A DNA stretch of 64,000 nucleotides, from contig NC_042999.1 in the NCBI RefSeq assembly GCF_006345805.1, positions 106,392,001-106,456,000 on the forward strand, in the 5' to 3' direction. This document shows, in pieces, positions 53,108 through 63,460 of this stretch. The position numbers and the translations under genes were made by a program. The stretch is from Octopus sinensis (Eukaryota). The stretch's first letter is position 1. Every line of letters starts with the position of its first letter. The notes beneath the pieces are model-generated. The model ran no database searches. It was not told the origin of the DNA and saw only the letters and a list, made by a program, of their open reading frames with translations.

Positions 53108-53207
53108 GTATCTCCACACAACAGCAATCTCAATATCTCTACACAGCAGCAATCTCTGTATATCCACACAAAAGCAATCTCAGTATCTACACACAACAGC
53201 AATATAC
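53108..53207. repeat. minisatellite, 4 x 25 bp
   Basis: Units start at 53108, 53133, 53158 and 53183; consensus GTATCTCCACACAACAGCAATCTCA. Confidence 0.85.
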
Positions 53208-55517
53208 ACCTCGTGTGCACTGCATTCACGCCTTCACTAATACATGCACACACTCTCATATACGAAGTCGCAGTCATACAAACGTTAGCTATCTATCACG
53301 CCTTGTTATGAGTGATAGTATCCATTTATACCTCTATGCTCTACAACATGCAGGCAGGTAAACACTCACACATTGCTACCACATACCTACACAAACACAT
53401 GCACACGATTCCTGTATATTTATATATAACTTGCCCTTATTTTCGTATTCTTTAAACTACCTTCGCTCGTTTCATTTTATTCATCTACTGGCACCCATCT
53501 TACAATAAACCACTAATTTGCAAACTATCGATCCATACAATTTCGTCCTTTAATTAGTCATGCTAACTTTGCCCTTAACTACACACATATAGCGGCTTTT
53601 CATTGTTTTGAAGGGGCACCACCTGAAACGATAAAAACCTCCTTGCTGTTTACCCCTAGCATAATTATATATTTTGTTTTCGTTGTTTTATTCTTGTGTA
53701 TTTCTCATGACTTTCTTAATATAAACTGAAAACCTGATCAATGAGAGTTACTTAGAATTGGAATAAGTTTGATAATTATGTATCATTGTCATGATAGTGG
53801 AAAAGATAATAGACCTTTTAGTTATATTACTTGTTACCAGAAAGCATCTGATATTGAAACAGATGGCTTTATTTATTTCCATTGATGCCTAACATCAATG
53901 GAATAAGCTTCCACATTATAGTCATAAGAATAACATACAATACCTTTGGAGGGATTTAGGCTACATAAATACTTAAACAAGCGTTATGACAAAAATATCC
54001 AGAGGCTCGTAAGAGAGTTCCCAGATCTTCAATTTAGATATTTAATCATTTTAATCAATTTCCTTCAAATAGATTATGTGCAGAAGTTGTTTATTTGAAA
54101 TAGAGGATGATATGATCAACCCATTTCTAAGAAGGTAAATAATCTCAACATGGAATATACTCACTAATCAGATAATTCTTTCTTTCACAATGTTTCTCTT
54201 ATAAACTATTAACTATACGATCTTTGCTTGTTATATTAACATAGCTTTATATTGTGTCGGATCGACATAGCTTATATTCTTATGCCTGCTATGAATCTCA
54301 TATTGCATACAAAGTATTATGCAAGTTTTAATTGGTGGCGTATAGGAGAAAGTGTCAAACAGCACTCAGTTATTTCCCATTCCGTGTTCAGCTCGAATAC
54401 AGCTGAAGTTAACCAGGCTTTTGTAACACCAGCAGTGGACAGCAAACCTACTATTAATATCATCGACTGATTTGAATCACTGTGCCCTATCCATATATAA
54501 TTATATATTGTCTAAATGAATAATTTCAAATTCTGCGAGAAACCATAATTTGAAATAGATATAATCCTTCTCTTGTACTCTCCTACAACTACAAGCGAAT
54601 GATTTGAAGATACTTAAAGAAAATCTTAGTAGAGGTAACACCATCAATCCAATCAGGTGATGACATTCTATTATTGAGATACTCTACCCCTTTTTTCAAA
54701 AAGGCGAAGATCTACTACGATCGGTTTGAAAATCCAGGTAGTTACTCACAGTGCATTAGCCATAACAACCCAAACGTAATATCGAAACACTTCCTTTACT
54801 AAGAAGTAAAAAGGACAGAAGTTTTTTTTGTAAATGCAGAAGACACCTGATCTGCGATTTGGGATTTCAAAAAAGGTTTTGTGCATTGTGAAGAAAAAAC
54901 TTAAATAACATAAAAGGAAGAACGACATAGAAGTAGATGTTAAGACAAAAAACTTTATGAATTATTGTTCCAATAAATGGAGGATGTTAAAAGCTAAGGT
55001 TGCTGGCTGTGTTTGACAGGGGGAAACCTGAAACAAAACCCGTTTTTTTCTAATTATAACCGCTTAAAACAAGGGAATATAAGGAATTAGGCAAAGACAA
55101 TGACTGATAAGGCTAGAGACACAAAGCAAACACAGGAAGAGAAGATAAATATTAAATCATCTTCTAAGTGAATGCAGAAAGCTAGCAAGTAGTTTGCTTT
55201 TGACACAGGCATGACTGTGTCGGCAAAAGAATAAACTGTAATGTCAACCAGGATTGTGGATTCGAAGTGAGTGACAAATAGTATGAATACTAGTCCGATG
55301 CTGTGGTAATAAATGTTCATTAAATAATTTTATGGGATTTCTTATTGAGACTCATCACAATATGGAACAAATGAAATCAAATATGATCGTGATGGACAGA
55401 GTTATAGTACCATTGTTTTATTACGGCTATTGCATGACAATGTCATGTAACCCAACCCCAGGGTTACGTGATGAATGCTACTTAACATGAAAACCGCATT
55501 ATCAATAAAATCCGCTT

Positions 55518-55880
55518 CCTTCAATTGAACGCATATCACATATTAGAGAATTAGTAGTGTCTAATCCAGATTTGATTGAAAGCTGGTTAAAAGCCTTTCA
55601 GACACTGTGTTAAGAAACGCAATGACTCTGTTGACAGTAAAGATATAATTGACTGCTTCATCGCCAGCGTAGGAGTTGAAAATATTAAGAACGTATCTGT
55701 GATGCCGTACACAAAACTTTTAAAGAATTGGTATTTTGCAGTCATAAAGTAGAAAATAATATCCTTACCGAGACCAGAGAAAAGGTTACTTATTGCTGAA
55801 AGAACATAGTTTTTAGCTCTGAAGTGGTTCCATCAAAAATATTTTATCAATATTCTCAACGATTATGTGAACAAGATTGC
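55518..55880 (+). mobile_element. degenerate Gypsy-type LTR retrotransposon gag fragment
   Basis: Shifting frames ESWLKAFQTLC / IIDCFIASVGVENIKNVSVM / RPEKRLLIAERT*FLALK resemble invertebrate Gypsy gag (..RPKKRLVIAERTKF..). No LTR or pol seen. Confidence 0.55.
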
Positions 55881-55899
55881 CCAAGAATTATAGAAATTG

Positions 55900-56090
55900 T
55901 GTGAGCACTGACACTTGAAATTGTTAAACACAAGGGTGGATCACAAGATTTAAGAAGTACTAGTGATAATAGGAGCACTAGAAATAAAGAATCATGAAAT
56001 TAAATACACAAATTCCCAAACAACACACAAAATATCTCAGCTAGATATCGTCTACATCCTATGTAAGGCGCATTCAATTCAAAAGTACAA
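55900..56090 (+). mobile_element. old R4/Dong-type 3' relic
   Basis: VLVIIGALEI and YILCKAHSIQ remnants parallel IPIIVGALGMI and HILRRTLSIQ*. Confidence 0.4.
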
Positions 56091-56560
56091 ATAGGATACT
56101 AAATTATCTATACACAACAGATGCTAAACACATTACACTAACAAGAAAATATCCCAAGACAAACAACCACTCTACCAATCACTGTTTGACACTAATTACA
56201 CCGAACTAATTTTACCTAACACGAATTGAATCGCATTTGCATATCACAAACTCCACGAAGTACTATTGGTCAAAATGCACAAACACATCAGAACAAACCA
56301 ATAGCTAACAGCAAAAGTAAAATGTAATCCTCACATCAAAGCAAAATCAAACTGATTCAACAAACACAATTCTACATTTGTAAAAGGTTATGTTGCACAT
56401 AACTCGGGAACATGTAGGTGCACAAGGTAGAGAAGTAACTCTCATAAAACTGTTGAATATATGACAATGAATAGTCATAACCACAATAATCATAACTAAG
56501 GAAATAAATGGAATTCCGAGAGTAGGAGAAAAGCAGAGAGAATTATTCTCATTCTTATTT

Positions 56561-56735
56561 CTTATTTCTTTATTGCTCACAAGATGCTAAAGATAGAGGG
56601 GACATACAAGGACAGACAAAGGGATTAAGTCGATTCTATCGAACTCAGTGCGTAACTGGTACTTATTTAATCGAACCCGAAAGGATGAAAGGCAAAGTCG
56701 ATCTCGGCGGAATTTGAACTCAGAACATAAAGACA
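56561..56735 (-). mobile_element. SINE family 2, 5'-truncated copy
   Basis: Direct repeat of 56745-56915, lacking the tRNA-like head. Confidence 0.8.
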
Positions 56736-56744
56736 AAAGAAAAA

Positions 56745-56978
56745 CCCATTTCCTTTACTACCCACAAGGTGCTAAACACAGAGAGGACAAACAAAGACAG
56801 ACAAACGGATTAAGTCAATTACATCGGTCCTAGTGCGTAACTGGTACTTATCTAATCGACCCCAAAAGGATTAAAGGCAAAATCGACCTCGGTGGAATTT
56901 GAACTCAGAACGTAGCGGCAGCCGAAATACTGCTAAGCATTTCGCCCAGCGTGCTAACGATTCTGCCAGCTCGCCGCC
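56745..56978 (-). mobile_element. tRNA-derived SINE family 2, full copy
   Basis: Minus strand GGCGGCGAGCTGGCAGAATCGTTAG...GAGTTCAAATTCC (A-box- and B-box-like). Confidence 0.85.
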
Positions 56979-57480
56979 TTAACATATTCTCAATCTACTT
57001 GCAACCAAATCGATATGGACAAGAGAAATATGTAAATGGTTAGTAAAGGCATTCAATGAAATTAGCGAGCATATAAATCAATATTACAATAGGGATATTT
57101 TTATATTTCGTTTCATTTTCAGGAATTGAAATTTATTCGTAGAGAAAAGCATTGAAATATTTTTATTACAACTTTTCATTCATTTTCCACTTGCGACTTT
57201 TATATACAATAGTTGAAATATTCAAATTTGTTAGTGCAATACTAATACCAGTAAATCGTAACAGGGCTAGTGTAAGAATAGAATAGGACATACTATCCTT
57301 TGGTGTATACGTGTAAATAAAAAAATATATCATATTAATTGACTTGTCATATTCGCATATAAGAGTTTGAGATATTTTGCTTTCTATTTATTATAACAGT
57401 CGCATAATCTTTTCAAGTATTATTTTAAAGTTAACTTTCTGAAAGAACCTTTAATACAGTTCCATATTTAAGCGATGATG

Positions 57481-57632
57481 AATTATGTACATTATTTACA
57501 TTATTTATATTTGACGGATAGTTGTCCTTGCTTTTCGTTAACACAACGTTTCGAGTGATATACCCTCCAGCTTTCATCAGGTGTCTTGGAGAAATTTCGA
57601 ACCTGGGTTCTCATTCCTGAGGTATTTTTCGA
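57481..57632 (-). mobile_element. short hammerhead-bearing repeat ('element H')
   Basis: Homologous to 62273-62390; contains the hammerhead 57541-57584. Confidence 0.65.
57541..57584 (-). ncRNA. minimal hammerhead ribozyme with palindromic ACGU helix III
   Basis: ACAC-CTGATGA-A-[helix II, partly mutated]-GAAACGT-T-GTGT; core and helix I intact. Confidence 0.6.
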
Positions 57633-57683
57633 AGTTATCATTATTATTATTATTATTACTATTATTATTATTATTATTATTAT

Positions 57684-60114
57684 TCAGTAGTTTTATTTTT
57701 ATAGCGTGCTTTCACTTCACTACCGAGCGCAGCTCTGTGTGCCTTGGGTATGTGCTGTGATTTGTTGTGATGCTCTGATGGTTATTGTATGGAAAGTGTT
57801 CTGCGTAGGATGTGTGCAGTGCCTAGTAGTGCAATTTTCTGTATGTTATATGTGTTTGTAAGTCCTGGTGTTTTTCTTATGTATTTGTCTGAATATTTTT
57901 TTATCATGCCTAATGCACCTACTATGATAGGAATTGTTTCTGTTTTCAGGTTCCACATTCTAGTTACCTCTATTTCCAGGTCTTTGTATTTTGAGAGTTT
58001 CTCCATTTCTTTTAGAGACACGTTGTCATCTGCCGGTATTGATACATCAATTAGAAAGCATTTTTTTCTTCATGATCTCTGACAACTATATCTGGTCTGT
58101 TGGCCTTAATTTCTCTATCTGTGTGTATCGGCATATCCCAGAGTATGGTTGCTTTCTCGTTTTCTGTGACCTTTTCTGGTGTGTGCCTATACCATCTTTT
58201 TTCTGTTGTTATTCCATAATGTTGGCATAGCTTCCAATGTATGTACGTTCCAACTCTGTCATGTCTGTGAATATATTCCTTCTTAGCCAGGACTGGGCAG
58301 CTAGAGATAATATGATTTATTGTTTCTTGTCCATCTCCACATATTCTGCAGTTACTTTTTATATTTCTTTTCATTACATGTTTTTGGTAATTTCTGGTGG
58401 GGAGGCTTTGGTCTTGTGCTGCAATTAAAAAACCTTCTGTTTCTGCTTTGAGTCCTGAGCTTCTCAACCATTGCTGGGATTTTTCTTTGTCTATTTCTTT
58501 TGCGTTTAGTTTAGTGCAGTATTTACCATGAAGGGGCTTTTCTTGCCATTGTTTTATCATGGCTCGTTGCTGTTCTATTTTTAGTTTGGATTTCATTTGT
58601 TTTATAGCTTTTGTTGTTTCTTCATCATCTTCTTCTTCTTTGTGTTTATTAGGTGGTATGATTTCTTGTTTGTATTTGTCAGCTTCCTTAAATACTGAGA
58701 ACAGTTTTTTGTTTTGCTCGTGTTTTGCTGCTATCTGGATCAGTTTTCCTTCCTTCTGAAGTAGGTATTTTTGCAGTCCTATGGTGGTTATTTTATAGTA
58801 GTTTTCCAGCTGTATAAGGCCTCTTCCACCTTCTATACGTTGTATATATAGTCTTTCTATGTCAGATTTTGGGTGATGCATCCTAGATCCTGTCAGTATT
58901 TTTCTTGTTTTCCTATCTATTTTGGACAGTTCATTTCGTGTCCAGTTAAGGATATTGTAGCTGTAACTTATAACTGGGACAGCTAAAGTGTTGATACCTA
59001 TTATCCTGTTTTTAGCATTGAGCTCTGTTTTTAGTATTGATCTAACTCGTCTATAATATTCTTTTTTTATTTTCTCTTTCATTTGTGTGTGTTGTGTCTT
59101 ATCTAGTTCATGGATTCCTAAGTATTTGTAAGTTTGGCTTTGGTCTAATTCTTTTATTTCATTGGTTTTTATCTAGTGTGATGTTGTTACTCTTAACTAG
59201 TTTTCCTCTTTTCATGGTTACTTTGGCGCATTTTTCTAATCCAAATTTCATATCTATTTCTTTGGTAAATCCATGAACTGTCTTTAATAGTGTTTCCAGC
59301 TGTTTGTCATTTGCAGCGTATAGTTTTAGGTCATCCATATATAAAAGGTGGCTGATCGTTTTGCCGTAACATTTATATCCGCATCTAGTTCTATTTAGTA
59401 TATCAGATAGAGGTGACAGTGCCAAGCAGAAAAGGAGTGGAGAGAGCGTGTCTCCCTGGAATATTCCTCTTCTAATGGGGATGTCTTTGGTTTTCATGAG
59501 TCCCTCTTTTGTTTGGAGGTGTAGGACTGTTTGCCATTTATTCATAGAGTGCTCTATGAATTTTATGATTGTTGGTGCTACTTTGTTAATGGCTAGTGTT
59601 TCGAGGATCCATGTGTGGGGGATGCTATCAAACGCCTTTTTGTAGTCAATCCAGGCCATACTGAGGCCTTTCTTCTTTCTGTGGCTGTCTTCAGTTACGG
59701 CTTTATTAATCATTAGTTGATCTTTACAGCCATATGAGCCCTTGCGGCATCCTTTCTGCTCTTCTGGGAAGAGTTTGTTTTCGTCCAGGTGCTTGTTCAG
59801 CCTTTGCGATATCACTGCAGTAAATGCCTTGAACATAGTAGGGAGGCAGGTTATTGGTCTGTAGTTTTCTAGTTTTGTTGTTTCATTTGATTTGGGAATT
59901 AAGATGGTTTTCCCCTTCGTGAGCCATTCAGGCATTGTCTCTGGCTCTGCTAGTATGCTGTTAAAGTTTTCAGCCAGCTTTTTGTGCATTCCTGTTAGAT
60001 ATTTCAACCAGAAGTTGGGGATCTTGTCATGCCCAGGTGCCTTCCAGTTGCTTAGTTTTTGCCGTGTCTGGGTGACCTCTTCAGTTGTTATGGGGGTCCA
60101 AAGTTGTTCAGATG
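57684..60114 (-). mobile_element. R4/Dong-type subfamily B, 5'-truncated, young copy (RT + CCHC + RLE)
   Basis: ORFs 59159..60007, 58051..59082 and 57782..58021 are stop-free and separated only by single-base indels in T runs (~59165, ~58061). (TTA)n flanks. Confidence 0.95.
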
Positions 60115-60117
60115 TTG

Positions 60118-60176
<59 letters not shown>

Positions 60177-60181
60177 GTTAT

Positions 60182-60520
60182 TCAGTAGTTTTATTTTTAT
60201 AGCGTGCTTTCACTTCACTACCGAGCGCAGCTCTGTGTGCCTTGGGTATGTGCTGTGATTTGTTGTGATGCTCTGATGGTTATTGTATGGAAAGTGTTCT
60301 GCGTAGGATGTGTGCAGTGCCTAGTAGTGCTATTTTCTGTATGTTATATGTGTTTGTAAGTCCTGGTGTTTTTCTTATGTATTTGTCTGAATATTTTTTT
60401 ATCATGCCTAATGCACCTACTATGATAGGAATTGTTTCTGTTTTCAGGTTCCACATTCTAGTTACCTCTATTTCCAGGTCTTTGTATTTTGAGAGTTTCT
60501 CCATTTCTTTTAGAGACACG

Positions 60521-60523
<3 letters not shown>
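60182..60523 (-). mobile_element. R4/Dong-type subfamily B 3' end (~340 bp)
   Basis: Matches 57684-58025 with one substitution seen (gcaatttt/gctatttt). Confidence 0.95.
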
Positions 60524-60560
<37 letters not shown>

Positions 60561-60561
<1 letters not shown>

Positions 60562-60640
60562 GAGTGAGAGAGCAGTTTATGCCATCAAAGTGACACTGGG
60601 GTAAAATATACGAAGCCCAATATACCCATCATGACTACCC
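60561..60640 (-). mobile_element. element X, terminal 80 bp only
   Basis: Matches 47181-47260; (TTA)n on both sides. Confidence 0.8.
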
Positions 60641-60676
<36 letters not shown>

Positions 60677-60681
<5 letters not shown>

Positions 60682-60750
60682 ACTCTGCCTGGAATCGAAC
60701 TCGGAATATTGTGCTTAGTAGCCCGTGCTCTTAACCACTACGCCATATGC
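60677..60750 (-). mobile_element. ~75-bp tRNA-like SINE with (TAA)n tail
   Basis: GCATATGGCGTAGTGGTTAAGAGCACGGGCTACTAAGCACAATATTCCGAGTTCGATTCCAGGCAG: A and B boxes present, anticodon arm resembles tRNA-Ser(GCU), no proper acceptor stem. Confidence 0.7.
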
Positions 60751-60760
60751 AATTATGGTT

Positions 60761-60798
60761 TCCCAAGATTCCGAGTTCGATTCCAGGCAGTGACCTGA
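60761..60798 (+). mobile_element. 3' half of the same tRNA-like SINE, opposite orientation
   Basis: attccgagttcgattccaggcagtgacctga then (TAA)n. Confidence 0.7.
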
Positions 60799-60836
<38 letters not shown>

Positions 60837-60837
60837 C

Positions 60838-60874
<37 letters not shown>

Positions 60875-60876
<2 letters not shown>

Positions 60877-61156
60877 TGGAGGCGCAATGGCCTAGTGGTT
60901 AGGGCAGCGGACTCGCAGTTTCGATTCCCAGACCGGGCGTTGTGAGTGTTTATTGAGCGAAAACACCTAAAGCTCCACGAGGCTCCGGCAGGGGGTGGTG
61001 GCGACCCCTGTTGTACTCTTTCGCCACTTTCTCTCACTCTTTCTTCTGTTGGCCTGCTCGCTTAGCAAGCGGGGTGGCGTCACTTGAAGGCTAAAACAAT
61101 GCGAAGCACATTGTGACCAGCGATGTGTAACCACATCTGATAACCTGGTCGGTCAC

Positions 61157-61158
<2 letters not shown>
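60875..61158 (+). mobile_element. tRNA-derived SINE family 3 with deletions
   Basis: TGGCCTAGTGGTTAGG (A box) and GTTTCGATTCCC (B box) with the intervening arm shortened; (TAA)n on both sides. Confidence 0.75.
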
Positions 61159-61211
<53 letters not shown>

Positions 61212-61223
61212 TAATAATAATAA

Positions 61224-61254
<31 letters not shown>

Positions 61255-61269
61255 AAGAAGAAGAAGAAG

Positions 61270-62259
61270 AATGTTAAAGAAAAGAAAATTAATTGCAAAG
61301 ACAAAAAGCACACGAAAAATTAGCTAGCTGATGGGAACAGAATCCTCTGCATGGGAAGTATGTGGCCCGTAGCAAACAAGCTGATGTCGACCAGAAACAC
61401 ACACATCAATGTTATGAAGCACAGGGCTAAAGGCAGAGAGTGATGGTATCATATTAGCTGCTCAAGACCAAAGCTTATTAACCCGGAACTACCAAGCCAA
61501 TGTGATAAAAAATGGAGCTGGCCCAAAATTCCGATTCTATAACGAAGAGAACTATAAAACACTTAATCTCAGGGTGTAGAGTCTTAGCACCTGCAGAATA
61601 TAAAGCAAGACATGACAGAGGCAGCCAATATTTACAATATACAATATGTCGGCATTATAAAATCAAAACCGTTGACGAATGGTATAAACACCATCCTGAA
61701 GCTGTGACTGAGGGAGAAAATGTGTCGATTCTCTGGGATTTCCCCGTACAGACCGACAAAACTATAAAAGCTAATAAACCGGATATTATTATAAATGAGT
61801 AGACAAAAAAAAGGGTGTTTATTAATTGCCATTAGTATTCCTTGCGATCACAATATAGCGGCGAAAGAATTTGACAAGATCAGTAAATATAAAGACTTGC
61901 TAATAGAAATTGAAAAATGTGGCATCTCAAGGCGACTACAGTACCAATGATTGTAGGATCTCTAGGAATGATAAAATAAAGTTACTGAAACCTATTTGAA
62001 AATGATTCCAGGCTTACCATCCCTACGGGAAGTGCAAAAGATCCGTGTTAAATGGAATAACACATGTACTGGAAGAGTATTATCGCTGTGAAAACAACAT
62101 CCATTCATGAATTTATTTATTAATTTTTTAAATACATATTTTACCTGTGAATTTGCGTGCGTAATCAGGGAATGCTTACAATGAGCTTCTCACCTCTAGG
62201 TGTACGGGAAACACTCGACCAGAAATGGAAGAAAATTTTAAGAAAGAAAGAAAAGAAAC
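61270..62259 (+). mobile_element. R4/Dong-type 3' fragment, subfamily C, degenerate
   Basis: NPLHGKY, IILAAQDQSLLTRNY, HLISGCRVLAPAEYKARHD, ILWDFPVQTDKTIKANKPDII, KYKDLLIEIEK; distinct 3' UTR ending before aataataat. Confidence 0.88.
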
Positions 62260-62272
62260 AATAATAATAGTA

Positions 62273-62390
62273 ACATCGAAAATTCCCCAAGACACCTGAT
62301 TAAGGCTGGAGAGTATATCAGCCGAAAAGTTGTGTTAACAATAAACAAGATGAGGACAAATATCCGTCAAATGTAAATAATGTAAATAAA
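62273..62390 (+). mobile_element. element H with degenerate hammerhead (62292-62335)
   Basis: ACAC-CTGATTA-A-GGCTG(gagagtatat)CAGCC-GAAAAGT-T-GTGT: helix II intact, core mutated (G8>T, C15.2>A). Confidence 0.65.
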
Positions 62391-63460
62391 GTACCTTTAA
62401 TGTTTTGATTTCCAGTGTACATACTTGATTATCGAAGTTTTAATTTGTTGATAGTCATAAAGAATTAGGTTGATGTATATGATAATATGATCGGATTGTC
62501 CTTTGTGAAAGGAAATATATATTTAATTATACGTTATGACAAAAAGTAAAACATAAAATTATTTTAACACTTCATCTATATCCAGAAAGCTTTTTATCTG
62601 ATTATACGTTGTTTTATCAAATTAATTAAAACTTTTACAAGTTGTCGATTTTTCTTTTGTTATGTATGATACACTCGTTGATATTTAGAAATATAATTTG
62701 GTATATAAGCTGCATACGGAAATCAATTATTTAACAAACTGATAATTCACATATTGTCTAATAATAAACTTTCATTACCAATATAATGCTTTAACTCACT
62801 ACTATCTTCTGAGATATTCGAATAACTGTGAATATAACCATGCTTGTTTCCTCTATCTACGTATAGGTTGTGCTCGACTGCCAGCAGTTGTATTTGGTCT
62901 GGGATTGGATTAAGAAAAATAAAGAATTAAGTCTATCAATTATAACCTTTCCTTCATAAAAACGCATTTTGTCGTTAGCTCAAAATACAAAATAAAATGT
63001 ATATCGGTTTTTTGTCTTTTATTGAGCTTTGACAGTGAGTATTGAGTGCAGAATATTAATATTTGCTTGAGTAAAAAGAAATGCATTGACTACAAAGAGC
63101 AGTATTGACTTTCATCAAAGTTAAAATACACCTGAACAGAGGAAGATTCCCGGTGTGACAGACAACAGTAAAAGAGAGAAAATTAGGAAACGGTGCTGCT
63201 ATGGCAACCTACTGATTGTGGGTAGCATTTACTAAATACAAAAACGAAGCTTTACTAGTGGAAGATGAAAATCTGAACACTCATAAGAAGATGCATGAAG
63301 ATCGTATGTATTATGATATATGGTTCCACATATGAGGATCGAACAACAAGGTGGTATACTGTACTCCAGACCCCTTGACCATGCCAGTGCTGCAGGACTA
63401 TAAAAGAAAACAACGAAGCTATTATTGTTAATCGGTTGAAAAGTTGGTTTTGAGTATATA

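Noticed and set aside
50559-60604. Recurrent plus-strand ORFs such as MSPWNIPLLMG..., MGIKMVFPFVSH..., MESVLRRMCAV...
   Set aside because: They are antisense frames of Dong RT/RLE coding sequence and recur only because the element recurs.
60677-60750. Possible functional tRNA gene
   Set aside because: The acceptor stem cannot pair, the anticodon stem is broken, and it has a TAA tail and a second partial copy, so it is treated as a SINE.
47030-62270. Repeat-insert-repeat pattern superficially like a CRISPR array
   Set aside because: The repeats are variable-length trinucleotide microsatellites, the inserts range from 40 bp to 3.3 kb and are retroelements, and there are no cas genes.
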